Part shown: one piece after another, positions 39,161 to 48,054 of the stretch
How the letters are laid out: each line of letters opens with the position of its first letter
Position numbering within the stretch: position 1 is the stretch's first letter
Origin: a bacterium
GTDB lineage: Bacteria; JADJOY01
Assembly: GCA_046331705.1 (NCBI GenBank)
Contig: JAXLQJ010000006.1
Coordinates: 62,001-126,000 of the forward strand
DNA: 64,000 nucleotides
Reading direction: 5' to 3'
Position numbers and translations under genes: made by a program
Notes under the pieces: model-generated
What the model saw: only the letters and a program-made list of their open reading frames with translations
What the model was told of the DNA's origin: nothing
Database searches by the model: none

Positions 39161-40270
39161 ATGAGTGAGAGAGCCGCAGTGGGAAAGCGCCGTCTCGGAT
39201 TCTTCGAGCGCTGGCTATCGCTGTGGGTCGGGCTCTGCATGATCGTGGGAGTGGCGATCGGGAAGCTCTTGCCCGGCGTCACCGACACGCTGCGCGGTCT
39301 CGAGCTCGGGAAGAACAGCCAGATCAACGGGCCGATCGCGGTGCTGATCTGGTTCATGATCTACCCGATGATGCTCAAGATCGATCTTCAGAGCGTTCTC
39401 GGTGTACGCCGCCGTCCGCGGGGCATCGTGGTCACGCTCGTCGTGAACTGGCTGGTGAAGCCGTTCTCGATGGCGTTCCTGGGCTGGCTCTTCTTCAAGC
39501 ATCTGTTCCGCCCGTGGATCGGTGCGGATCTCGCCGACCAATACCTCGCCGGGGTGATCATCCTGGCGGCGGCGCCGTGCACGGCGATGGTGTTCGTGTG
39601 GTCGTACCTGGTCGACGGCGACCCCGCGTACACGCTGGTGCAGGTGTCGGTGAACGATCTGTTGATGCTCTTCTTGTTCGCGCCGATCGTGAGCCTGCTG
39701 GTCGCCGGCGCCAGCGGCCTCACCGTGCCGTTCACGGTGCTGCTCGCGAGCGTGGTCGCGTTCATCGTGATTCCGCTGGCGCTGGGCAGCCTGAGCCGAG
39801 CCGTGCTCATTCGCTCCCGAGGCAAGGAGTGGTTCGAGGATCGCTTCCTGCCTCGCTTCGCGCCCATCACCATCGTCGCGTTGTTGCTGACGCTGGTGCT
39901 GATCTTCGCGTTCCAGGCGGAGAACCTCACCCGCCGCTTCTTGCACGTGGTGCTGATCGCGATCCCGATCCTGGTGCAGGTCTATTTCAACTCGGGCCTC
40001 GCGTACGGGCTCATGAAGCGCCTGCGAGTCGAGCACGCGGTGGCAGCCCCCGGTGCGCTCATCGGCGCGAGCAACTTCTTCGAGCTCGCGGTCGCGACGG
40101 CGATCGCCCTCTACGGCCCCCAATCGGGTGCGGCGCTCGCGACGGTGGTCGGGGTGCTGGTCGAGGTTCCGGTGATGCTCTCGGTGTGCGCCGTGTGCAA
40201 TCGGACGCGGCGCTGGTTTCCCGCCGCGCCGATGGTCGGGACGGCCGGGACGACGGCCGCGACGCCGTGA
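39161..40270 (+). CDS. acr3: Acr3 family arsenite efflux transporter
   Basis: FFERWLSLWV, NWLVKPF, AAPCTAMVFVW, SNFFELAVA, GVLVEVPVML. Confidence 0.95.
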   Translation: MSERAAVGKRRLGFFERWLSLWVGLCMIVGVAIGKLLPGVTDTLRGLELGKNSQINGPIAVLIWFMIYPMMLKIDLQSVLGVRRRPRGIVVTLVVNWLVKPFSMAFLGWLFFKHLFRPWIGADLADQYLAGVIILAAAPCTAMVFVWSYLVDGDPAYTLVQVSVNDLLMLFLFAPIVSLLVAGASGLTVPFTVLLASVVAFIVIPLALGSLSRAVLIRSRGKEWFEDRFLPRFAPITIVALLLTLVLIFAFQAENLTRRFLHVVLIAIPILVQVYFNSGLAYGLMKRLRVEHAVAAPGALIGASNFFELAVATAIALYGPQSGAALATVVGVLVEVPVMLSVCAVCNRTRRWFPAAPMVGTAGTTAATP

Positions 40271-40397
40271 CCTCGCCGAGCACGGCGGCGACGATCGGTT
40301 GCTCCACGCGCGCCACGGAATCGTCACGCACGACGGACACGCTCCGGAGGCGGGCGAGAGACGCGTCTTGCGTGGTGCGCGAACGGAGGTCGATCGG

Positions 40398-41036
40398 ATG
40401 AGCCAGTCGACGCGTCACGATCCTCAGCTGAAGCGAATCGCCGACGAGATCGGCCCGAAGTTCACCGGTGTCTTCTCGCGCGAGACGATCGAGCGTTTCG
40501 TCGTCGAATCCCACGACGAGCTGGCGAAGCGCGCGCGCATCACGACCCACCTCCTGGGGCTCACCCAACGATTCGCCATCGATCGATTGCGCGACCTGGC
40601 GCGCGTGGAAGGGAAGGCCATGGCCGAGAAGCCCGAGGTGCTCTTCGTGTGCGTTCACAACGCCGGCCGATCGCAGATGGCGGCGGGCCTGCTTCACCAC
40701 CACGCGCGGGACCGCGTGATCGTGCGCTCGGCGGGCAGCGCGCCGGTCGCGACCATCAACCCCGCGGTGGTCGAGGCCATGAAGGAAGTCGGGATCGACT
40801 TGACGCACGAGTTCCCCAAGCCGCTCACCGACGAGGCGGTGCGCGCCGCCGACGTGGTCATCACCATGGGTTGCGGCGACGCGTGCCCGGTCTATCCCGG
40901 GAAGCGTTACCTGAACTGGGAGCTCGCCGACCCCGCGGGGAAGGGGGTTGCCGACGTGCGGCCCATCCGCGACGCGATCGAGCGTCGTGTCCGCTCGCTT
41001 CTCGACGAGCTACTGACCGGCTCGGCAGCGCGCTGA
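40398..41036 (+). CDS. arsC: Arsenate reductase ArsC (LMW-PTP fold) with N-terminal helical extension
   Basis: CVHNAGRSQ P-loop, TMGCGDACP, DPAG. Confidence 0.92.
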   Translation: MSQSTRHDPQLKRIADEIGPKFTGVFSRETIERFVVESHDELAKRARITTHLLGLTQRFAIDRLRDLARVEGKAMAEKPEVLFVCVHNAGRSQMAAGLLHHHARDRVIVRSAGSAPVATINPAVVEAMKEVGIDLTHEFPKPLTDEAVRAADVVITMGCGDACPVYPGKRYLNWELADPAGKGVADVRPIRDAIERRVRSLLDELLTGSAAR

Positions 41037-41085
41037 GCGAGGTCTTGCCGCGCGGGCGGGGATCTTGCCTCGGTCCGAGAAGGCC

Positions 41086-42288
41086 TCAGCGAACGGCGGC
41101 CCGGCTCGCTCGCCGCAAGCGGCTCGCCGCCCACGCGATCCCAGCAACCAGCGCTGGCAGTGCAACAGGCGGCGCCTCGCCGCCGGGAACGGCGCCGCAC
41201 CCGGCCGGGGCTACGACGGTGAGGTTGAAGACCGTCGCGTGGCCGAGCGGCGCGGCCGAGACGGTGATCGGGTAGGTGCCGGCTTCCGTCGACGTCGTCG
41301 TGGTCACGGTCAGCTGGCTGGTGCAGTCGGGCTCGCACGAGAGCGCGTCGAAGGTCGCCGTCGCGCCCTCGGGAAGCCCCGAGATGGTGAACGACACGCT
41401 CTCGGTGAGACCGCTGCTGAGGGTCGCGGTGATCGTGTTGGAGCCGGATGTGCCCGCGGTGGCGGTGATCGTTCCCGAGTTGGCGAGCGCGTAGTCGAAG
41501 GGTGAGCAAGCCGGCGAAACGCAGTCGAGCGCAACGTCGAAGCCGCCCGTGCCCGTGCCGTCGTGGTCCCCCACGACGATGACGTGGCGACCGGAGGCCT
41601 CGAGGGTGCAGCCGAGCACGCCCGAGTCGCTCGCGCAGCGCGCGGATCCGTCGGGTCCGAAGACGGTCTCGGCAAGAACGAGCGAGCCGGACGTCGCCAC
41701 CGTGTCGATCTTCACGGCGTCGCCGGCGGTGCCGCGGAAGGAGTAGCAGGCGGTCTCGCCGGGTGCGCCGATCACTCCGGTGGCGGCGCCGCCGTACGCA
41801 ATGGAAGCGCAGCTGGTCTCGAGCAGCGCGCGATACTCGGTGCTCGACGGCTGCCCCGTGCTCAGCGTCTCTGGAAAATTCCCGGCGCCGTCGGTGGCCG
41901 TGTAGACGGCCGACGGATCGGCTCCCACCGGACACGGGATCGAGGGTTGCCCTTGCGCCCAGTGATTGGTCGCCAGCCATTGCTTGGATTCGATGATCCC
42001 ATCGTCGGCGAAGGTCACGCTCCAGCACGCGAGGTAGTACTGGTTCGGCGAGCCGCGTCCGCTGCCGTGGCACGTGGTGGCGACCTTCACCAGCGTCACC
42101 GCGTTCGCCGCGGCGTCGAATCCGGTGGCGATCTCGTTCACCGTCTGCCCGCCGCACCAGACGCTCAGGTAGTCCGTGCCGGGTCCAGGATCCAGCACGC
42201 GGGTTTCTGCGCGCCCCAGCGAGGCGAAGATCGTCAGGAAAGCGGCGGTCATCGGCACGATGAACGTGTTCGGTCGAATCATGGCCAT
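41086..42288 (-). CDS. Secreted Cys-rich protein with PPC-like and Ig-like domains and a MYXO-CTERM-like tail
   Basis: Signal peptide; YSFRGTAGDAV; GTYPITVSA; ends AGCGAVPGGEAPPVALPALVAGIAWAASRLRR. Start may be 42282. Confidence 0.75.
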   Translation of the reverse strand: MAMIRPNTFIVPMTAAFLTIFASLGRAETRVLDPGPGTDYLSVWCGGQTVNEIATGFDAAANAVTLVKVATTCHGSGRGSPNQYYLACWSVTFADDGIIESKQWLATNHWAQGQPSIPCPVGADPSAVYTATDGAGNFPETLSTGQPSSTEYRALLETSCASIAYGGAATGVIGAPGETACYSFRGTAGDAVKIDTVATSGSLVLAETVFGPDGSARCASDSGVLGCTLEASGRHVIVVGDHDGTGTGGFDVALDCVSPACSPFDYALANSGTITATAGTSGSNTITATLSSGLTESVSFTISGLPEGATATFDALSCEPDCTSQLTVTTTTSTEAGTYPITVSAAPLGHATVFNLTVVAPAGCGAVPGGEAPPVALPALVAGIAWAASRLRRASRAAVR

Positions 42289-42619
42289 TCCCTTTCGTCG
42301 CTCGCGAGGGCCGATTCCCTTGGACGCTCTGGAGGTGGGGGGCTATTCGACGAGCCGTGGGGCTTCTGTCGGTTTCGGCGTCGTGTGGCGCGCGTGGTGG
42401 AGGCATTGCTGGTTTCCGGTCGTGCCGGTGCGTGCTTCGCGCTGGCCGCAAGGTGCGTGGGACGTGCGATGACCGTGTTCGCGCTCGCCCGTGCGCCCCT
42501 CGGGAGCAGCTTCCCGCTCCGCGTCACGTCACGGCTGATCGCAGGCGGGGGGCTTTCTGGTGGCGGGGTACGATTTTCGGCCGGTCACGGTCGCGCCTGC
42601 GCTACAGGACCCGCCGGCT

Positions 42620-42955
42620 TGGCGCAGGTCGGCGCGCTCGTGCGTCTCGATGCCACCGGCAACGTGCTCGGATATCGCGACGACCCTAGGCGATCTCGCG
42701 CGCTGGGGCACCCTGGCGAGTGATGGCGGTGCGATTCTCACGGGTCGCACCGCGTACGGCGAGGTGACGCCCACCTCGGACGTGTTCTTGATGAAGACCG
42801 ACGTCGGCGGTGTGCCCGAGTGGACCCGCGTCTCCATTACTCTCAGCGAGGACGAAGGCCAGGACGTCCGCACCATGCCGGATGGCGGCTAGGCCCTCTC
42901 GGGTGACTACGCCGGCCACGCGTACCTCGCGAAGACCGACTCGACGGGTGACGCC
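42620..42955 (+). pseudogene. Decayed fragment of a DGG..G/KTD..G beta-propeller repeat protein
   Basis: VRLDATGNV; SDGGAILTG..DVFLMKTDVGGVPEW..PDGG*ALSG..AYLAKTDSTG with an in-frame TAG at 42890-42892 and frame changes. Confidence 0.6.
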
Positions 42956-42960
42956 GGCCC

Positions 42961-42983
42961 ACCACCTCCCTGAGGGTGGTGGT
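42961..42983 (-). terminator. Possible hairpin downstream of the nos operon
   Basis: ACCACC-T-CCC-tga-GGG-T-GGTGGT imperfect stem about 65 nt past the fasciclin stop. Confidence 0.3.
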
Positions 42984-43048
42984 GGAAGGGCGAATCTGGC
43001 GTGCCCGTGCGTGTGCGCGAGCGCTGCGCCGGCCGTGTGGCCAAGCGC

Positions 43049-43540
43049 CTATTTCGCTGGCGGCAGCAACACCTTGTCGATGACGTGGACGATGCCGTTC
43101 CCGGCTCGCGCCGAGCCGAGGATGGTCGCGTCGTTGATCATCGTCTTGCCGTCCTTGACGTGGAACGTGACCTTGGCACCGTTCGCCATCCCCAGGGTCT
43201 GACCGTCCTTCAACCAGCCCTTCTCGTAGGTCGAGACGGTGACGTGGTACTTGAGGACGTTTTGCAGGTCTCCCTTCTTCTCGGGCTTCAAGAGCTCGTC
43301 GAGCGTTCCCGGCGGCAGCGCGGCGAAGGCGGCGTTGGTGGGCGCGAACACGGTGAACGGCCCTGGATTCTGGAGCGACACCACGTAGTCCGCGGCCTTG
43401 AGCGCGGCCACCAACGTCGAGTGGTCCGCCGACGCGACGGCGATGTCCACCACCGTCTTCGGCGTGTCCTGCGCGCGCGCCGGCGCGCATCCGAGCCATG
43501 CGGTGAGCCCCACGACCGCCATCCAAACGATGCGCTTCAT
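43049..43540 (-). CDS. Fasciclin (FAS1) domain exported protein
   Basis: STLVAALKAA, GPFTVFAPTNAAF, LKYHV, NGIVHVIDKVLLP. Confidence 0.93.
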   Translation of the reverse strand: MKRIVWMAVVGLTAWLGCAPARAQDTPKTVVDIAVASADHSTLVAALKAADYVVSLQNPGPFTVFAPTNAAFAALPPGTLDELLKPEKKGDLQNVLKYHVTVSTYEKGWLKDGQTLGMANGAKVTFHVKDGKTMINDATILGSARAGNGIVHVIDKVLLPPAK

Positions 43541-43616
43541 GCACCCCGCCTCTGGGCTGGGCTCACGCCCCGCCGTTTCCTGGTTGCGTGATCGAGTGGC
43601 CCGCGCACGGCGCGGT

Positions 43617-44270
43617 TCAGCTCGCGGCGCTGATTCCTCGGATGGCGCGGCGGCGACCGTCCCACAGGTACCAGACCGTCAGCAGCGTGATCCCCGCCGC
43701 GTAGGCGAGGATCAGGAAGCCGCCGACACCGGGGTAGCTGTGCGTGGTGAAGTTCGCGATCTGCTTGGTGCCGAAGATCGCGGGCGTGAACGGTTGCACC
43801 TTGACCGGCGCGGTCGGGTCCAGGTCGTGGCCGTAGATGTAGAGCTTGTAGACGAAGCGCGCGAACGCGAACGTGCAGACGTAGAGGTTGAAGACGGTGA
43901 GGTCGATCAGCGATCGCACCGTGCCGATTGCCGCCACGCGCAGCGCCATCAACGCCAGCACGCCGAAGCCGAACGGCAGCCAATCCAGATCGGAGAGCTG
44001 CGCCCGATCCAGGTGCTTCATGCCGATGTAATGGTTGAGGGTGTTGATCTCCTGGAGGTGCTGGCCCTCGTTCCCGGCGGCGAGCTTGTAGGAGAAGATG
44101 TCGAGGACGAGCCCCTTCGGGTATTGGGGCGCGTACATCGAGATCCTCCACATCGGCGTCACGTAGCTGAGCGCCAGCGGGATGATCAGCGCGGCGAGCA
44201 CGAACCGCACCGGGATGCGCAGCGGCCGGTCGAGGTAGGCGTAGAACTTGTCGAGCATCAACGGGGCCAT
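43617..44270 (-). CDS. nosB: Clade II nos-cluster membrane protein (NosB-like)
   Basis: PMWRISMYAPQYPKGL..INTLNHYIGMK, YGHDLDP.AP, ~4 TMs; AAGGAG RBS; nos context. Confidence 0.72.
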   Translation of the reverse strand: MAPLMLDKFYAYLDRPLRIPVRFVLAALIIPLALSYVTPMWRISMYAPQYPKGLVLDIFSYKLAAGNEGQHLQEINTLNHYIGMKHLDRAQLSDLDWLPFGFGVLALMALRVAAIGTVRSLIDLTVFNLYVCTFAFARFVYKLYIYGHDLDPTAPVKVQPFTPAIFGTKQIANFTTHSYPGVGGFLILAYAAGITLLTVWYLWDGRRRAIRGISAAS

Positions 44271-44311
44271 GGCGAGGGTCTCCTTCCGGGATCGAGGCTC
44301 CGCGGCGGGAA

Positions 44312-45154
44312 TCAGACGACGTCGCCGCGGGTGAATCGGACGTAGGCGAGAAGCCACGACGCGAAGCCGGTGACGAGCGGCCACGCCACGCCCAGCGCGA
44401 GCAGCACGCCCGCGCCCACCCGCGTCGCCACGAAGAAGCCGACGGGACCGAGCGCGGAGAGATCGGGGTCCCCCGCGGACAAGAGCGCCATGCGCGCCGC
44501 TTGCACCGGGTTGAGCAACGCCAGCGCGAAGACACCCTGCGGCTGGAGCCGCCATTCGAGCATCACGCCGATCAGCGCGAAGTCGAGGAGCGCAACCGAC
44601 AGGATCCACACCAGGAGCGCGATCGTGGCGGAGCGCGCCTGGCTGGTGACGAAGGTCGAGATGAAGAGCCCCACGCCGAGGAAGCTCGCGAGCAGCGCCG
44701 CGCTCACCGCCACCGACTCGAGCAGGATGTTCCACGCGATCGTGCCGCCGAGGACCGTTCGACCGAGCACCGCCAGCGCCACGAAGAGCAGCGCCAACGG
44801 AACCGCCAGCACGACGTAGCGAGACGCGGTGACGCCGAGGAAGTAAGCGCCGCGGCGCACCGGGTGGCTGAAGAGCAGCTCGAGGGCGCCCTCGTCGCGA
44901 GCGCGGTTGATCACCTGCGACGACGCCGTGAGCGCGAGCAACGGCAGCACCAGCAGCAGCGCGTGGGTGAGGCCGACCAGCACCCGACCCATGCCGGTGA
45001 AGCCGAGCAGCGTCGACTCCCGGAGCCCGACGAACACGAACACCACCGCGAGCGCGGCGTAGAGCGAGACGCAGAAGAGCGCCCAGCGCGAGCGCACGGT
45101 CTCCGCGAGGTCGAGCCGGAAGATCGCGCTCCAGTCCCGGTTGCCGTGACCCAT
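44312..45154 (-). CDS. nosY: ABC transporter permease NosY
   Basis: Six TMs, EGALELLFSHPV, LLNPVQAAR; nos context. Confidence 0.88.
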   Translation of the reverse strand: MGHGNRDWSAIFRLDLAETVRSRWALFCVSLYAALAVVFVFVGLRESTLLGFTGMGRVLVGLTHALLLVLPLLALTASSQVINRARDEGALELLFSHPVRRGAYFLGVTASRYVVLAVPLALLFVALAVLGRTVLGGTIAWNILLESVAVSAALLASFLGVGLFISTFVTSQARSATIALLVWILSVALLDFALIGVMLEWRLQPQGVFALALLNPVQAARMALLSAGDPDLSALGPVGFFVATRVGAGVLLALGVAWPLVTGFASWLLAYVRFTRGDVV

Positions 45155-45172
45155 GTCCGCCTCCGTCGTGCC

Positions 45173-45634
45173 TCAGCGCGACGCGTGTTCCTTGGCCAGC
45201 GCGCGTTCGCGTGCTTGCTCGTAGCCGAGGCTCGCCGCTTCGCTCGCGTCGACGGCGGCGAGCCCGAAGTCCATCGGCGTCGCCGCGACCGTCACGAACG
45301 CCACGTCCGTGAGGCGCAGCCAGCGCTCCTCGCGCGCGTGGTGGAACCAGACTTCGTGGATCTCGGGCCGCTGCTGCTCCACGTACGCGAAGAAGCAGCC
45401 CGGGTCGTCGAAGTCGAGGACCTCGCCACCGGTGGTCTGAAGCTGCACGGCGAAGCGCGCTTCGCTCAGGTGCATGTGGCAATGGGCGCAGGCTTCCTTG
45501 CCCCAGGCGATCGGCACGGGGCCGTCGGCCAGCTGTTGCCCCAGTCGCACCTGCCAACCCACGATGCCCACGCCGACGGCGAGCACCGCGAGCACCAGCG
45601 GCAGCACGATGCGCGTGACGGCACGGTCGCTCAT
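45173..45634 (-). CDS. nosL: Copper chaperone NosL-like
   Basis: CAHCHM, FDDPGC, TPMDFG; N-terminal TM anchor; ATGA overlap with nosF. Confidence 0.85.
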   Translation of the reverse strand: MSDRAVTRIVLPLVLAVLAVGVGIVGWQVRLGQQLADGPVPIAWGKEACAHCHMHLSEARFAVQLQTTGGEVLDFDDPGCFFAYVEQQRPEIHEVWFHHAREERWLRLTDVAFVTVAATPMDFGLAAVDASEAASLGYEQARERALAKEHASR

Positions 45635-46533
45635 GGCGCGAGGCCTCCGTCGTCGTCCGCGCCAGCGCGGGTCGGCGAGAGCGTCTCCACATCGCGCACG
45701 AGCACGTTCTGCACCGAACCGTTCATCCGCGAGGTGAGCTCGCGGACCACGGCGAGCTTCTCGGCCTGCGGCAGCACGCGCCGCCACCAGCCGTTCACGC
45801 CCGCCTCGAAGCCGTGGGCGGTGAGATCGAGGTGAGTGGCCTCGGCGGCGACGCGGACGTCGACCACCGCCATCGCGGAGGCCCGCAGGTACTCCTCGGT
45901 CGGGCCGGAGAACTCGAGGATGCCGTCCCGCAGCGCCAGCACGTGGGTCGTGAGCTGGCGCAGCTCGTCGAGGCGGTGCGAGCACAGCACCACGGTCGCG
46001 CTCGTGGGGATGCGCGCGATCAGCCGGAAGAAATCCTGGCGCGCCTCGGCGTCGAGGCTCGCGGTGGGCTCGTCGAGGATGTAGAGCGAGGCGTCGACCG
46101 AGAGCGCGAGCGCGATCAAGAGCTTCTGGCGCATGCCGCCGGAGAGGTCGCGCAAGAGGCGCGGCGCGATCTCGGCCAGATCGAGATCCATGGCCCGCGC
46201 CGCCGCCGCGATCCGCTCCGCGTCGAGGCCGCGCACGTGGGCGGTGGCGCGCACCAGATCGCGCACCGGAACCGCGAGGCGCGGTGCCACCTGCGGAACG
46301 TACGCCAATCGGTCCGCGAGCCGCGTGCGGTCGCGAAACGGCGAGAGCCCGTCGATGCGCACCTCGCCCGAGCTCTTGAGCATCCCGAGCAGGATGCGGA
46401 GCAGCGTCGACTTGCCCGAGCCGTTGTGGCCGATCAGCGCCACACGCGCGCCCGCGGGAACCGAAGCGGTGATGCCCTTGAGTGCCGTGACGCGCCCGAA
46501 GGAGCGCCGCACGTCCACGAGGTCAATCTTCAT
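45631..46533 (-). CDS. nosF: ABC transporter ATPase NosF
   Basis: GHNGSGKS, LSGGMRQK, ILDEPT, SH. Confidence 0.9.
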   Translation of the reverse strand: MKIDLVDVRRSFGRVTALKGITASVPAGARVALIGHNGSGKSTLLRILLGMLKSSGEVRIDGLSPFRDRTRLADRLAYVPQVAPRLAVPVRDLVRATAHVRGLDAERIAAAARAMDLDLAEIAPRLLRDLSGGMRQKLLIALALSVDASLYILDEPTASLDAEARQDFFRLIARIPTSATVVLCSHRLDELRQLTTHVLALRDGILEFSGPTEEYLRASAMAVVDVRVAAEATHLDLTAHGFEAGVNGWWRRVLPQAEKLAVVRELTSRMNGSVQNVLVRDVETLSPTRAGADDDGGLAP

Positions 46534-47933
46534 CGAAGTTGCCTGCGAGCGCCGCGTCCGAGGCCTCCGGGCGCATGCGCGGCCGGGGGTCGACGAGCAG
46601 CGTGGTGGGCTGGAAGAGCGGCAGGACGTGGTTGACGGTGTCGACGGCGAAGAGCGCGAGCCCGCCGCGGAAGTACGCGAGGCCGGGATGATGGCCGATC
46701 AAGCTGGCGGTCATGCTGCGCAGCTCGTAGGGGACGTCGCCGTAGCCGTCGCCGTCGAAGTCGTAGCCGGCGTAGTCGTCGAAGTCGTTGCCGAGCCACT
46801 CGGCGTCGCGGGCGTTGGTGCCGCCACGGCACTCCACCTGGACGAGGTTGTCGCGGAAGCTGTTGGCGACGAAGTGGTTGCGGCTGGCGCGGCCGTGGAA
46901 GACCACGGCGGAGCCGCCCAGGCGGACGACGTTGTGCTCGAAGTGGTTCTGGTCCGAGTCGTTGAGCGGCGAGGTGTCGATGTAGACCCCCACCGTGTCG
47001 CGCAGCAGCGCGTTGCCGACGACGCGGATGTTGCCGGACTCTTGAGGCCGATGCCCATGCCCGCGGCGCCACCGCTGCCCGCGAGGACGTTGCCGTCCAG
47101 CGTCACGCCGCGGCTGTACATGATGAAGATGCCGACGACGTCGTCGACGTACCGGTTGCGCACCACGAGGTTGTCGTGGCTGTACATGAAGTGCGTGCCG
47201 TAACGCCCGCGCACCACGAGGTTGTGCTCGATCTCGTTGCCGCGCGAGTACCACACGACCATGTCGCGGGAATCCGTCAGCCGGTTGTGCTCGACCACCG
47301 AGTCGTAGGTTTCCCAGAGCCGGATGCCGTCGCCGCGCAGCCCGAACGCGAGCTTCGGATCGCCGACCACGTCGTTGCCGCGCACCACGATCCGGTGGGA
47401 TCTCTCGACGAGGATGCCGAACGTGGCGTGGCGGACGACGAGCCCCTCGATCGTCACGTCGTCGCCGGCCACGCGCACCGCCGCATCGACGGTGTCGAAG
47501 CGGCCTCCGCTGCCGTCGATGGTGAAGCCCAGCAGCCGCACGCCGACGCCCGCGACGCGGATCGTCGAGCCGACCTTGGTGGAGACGATCACGGACTCGG
47601 GCGTCCCCCAGATCGTGAGGCCGCGGCTCACGTTCAGATCACCGGGATAGTTTCCCGCTGGCAGACAGAGCGCGGCACCGTCGGGAAGCGCGTCGAGGAC
47701 GGGCTGCAGGGCGCTACCGGGGTGGCCTCGGCGCAGCTCGCGGGACGGGCCGGCTCCGCGCGCCGCCAACGGGTGGCCGACGCGTTCGGGCTCGCGCCGC
47801 GGTGCACGGGCTCGTAGACGACGTCGTGGGGGTCGGCGGCCAGCGCGGCGGTGAGCGCGACGAGCGAGCAGCACGCGCCCATCCACGCTGCTCGCGTCCA
47901 GCGCGGCATCCCCTTCGATTCGGTGGCTCTCAT
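46523..47933 (-). CDS. nosD: Nitrous oxide reductase maturation protein NosD (two apparent single-base deletions)
   Basis: GDGIRLW, RYGTHFMYS, GNDFDDYAGYDFDGDGYGDVPY, VDPRPRM spread over three frames. Restoring one C at ~47720 and one G at ~47041 gives one continuous frame. Confidence 0.88.
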
Positions 47934-47994
47934 CGGCGTGACCGCTGCGCGAGGAAGTCGGTGCGAGTCAGGAGCGTCCGGTGGGCGGGGAGGT

Positions 47995-48023
47995 GGCGGG
48001 TGCGAGCAGCGCTCGCACCCGCC
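47995..48023 (-). other. Intra-operon RNA stem-loop between nosZ and nosD
   Basis: GGCGGGTGCGAGC-agc-GCTCGCACCCGCC, 13-bp perfect stem, no U tract. Confidence 0.65.
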
Positions 48024-48054
48024 GGAGCAAGAGGAGGAAGAGAGGGCTCTCGGC

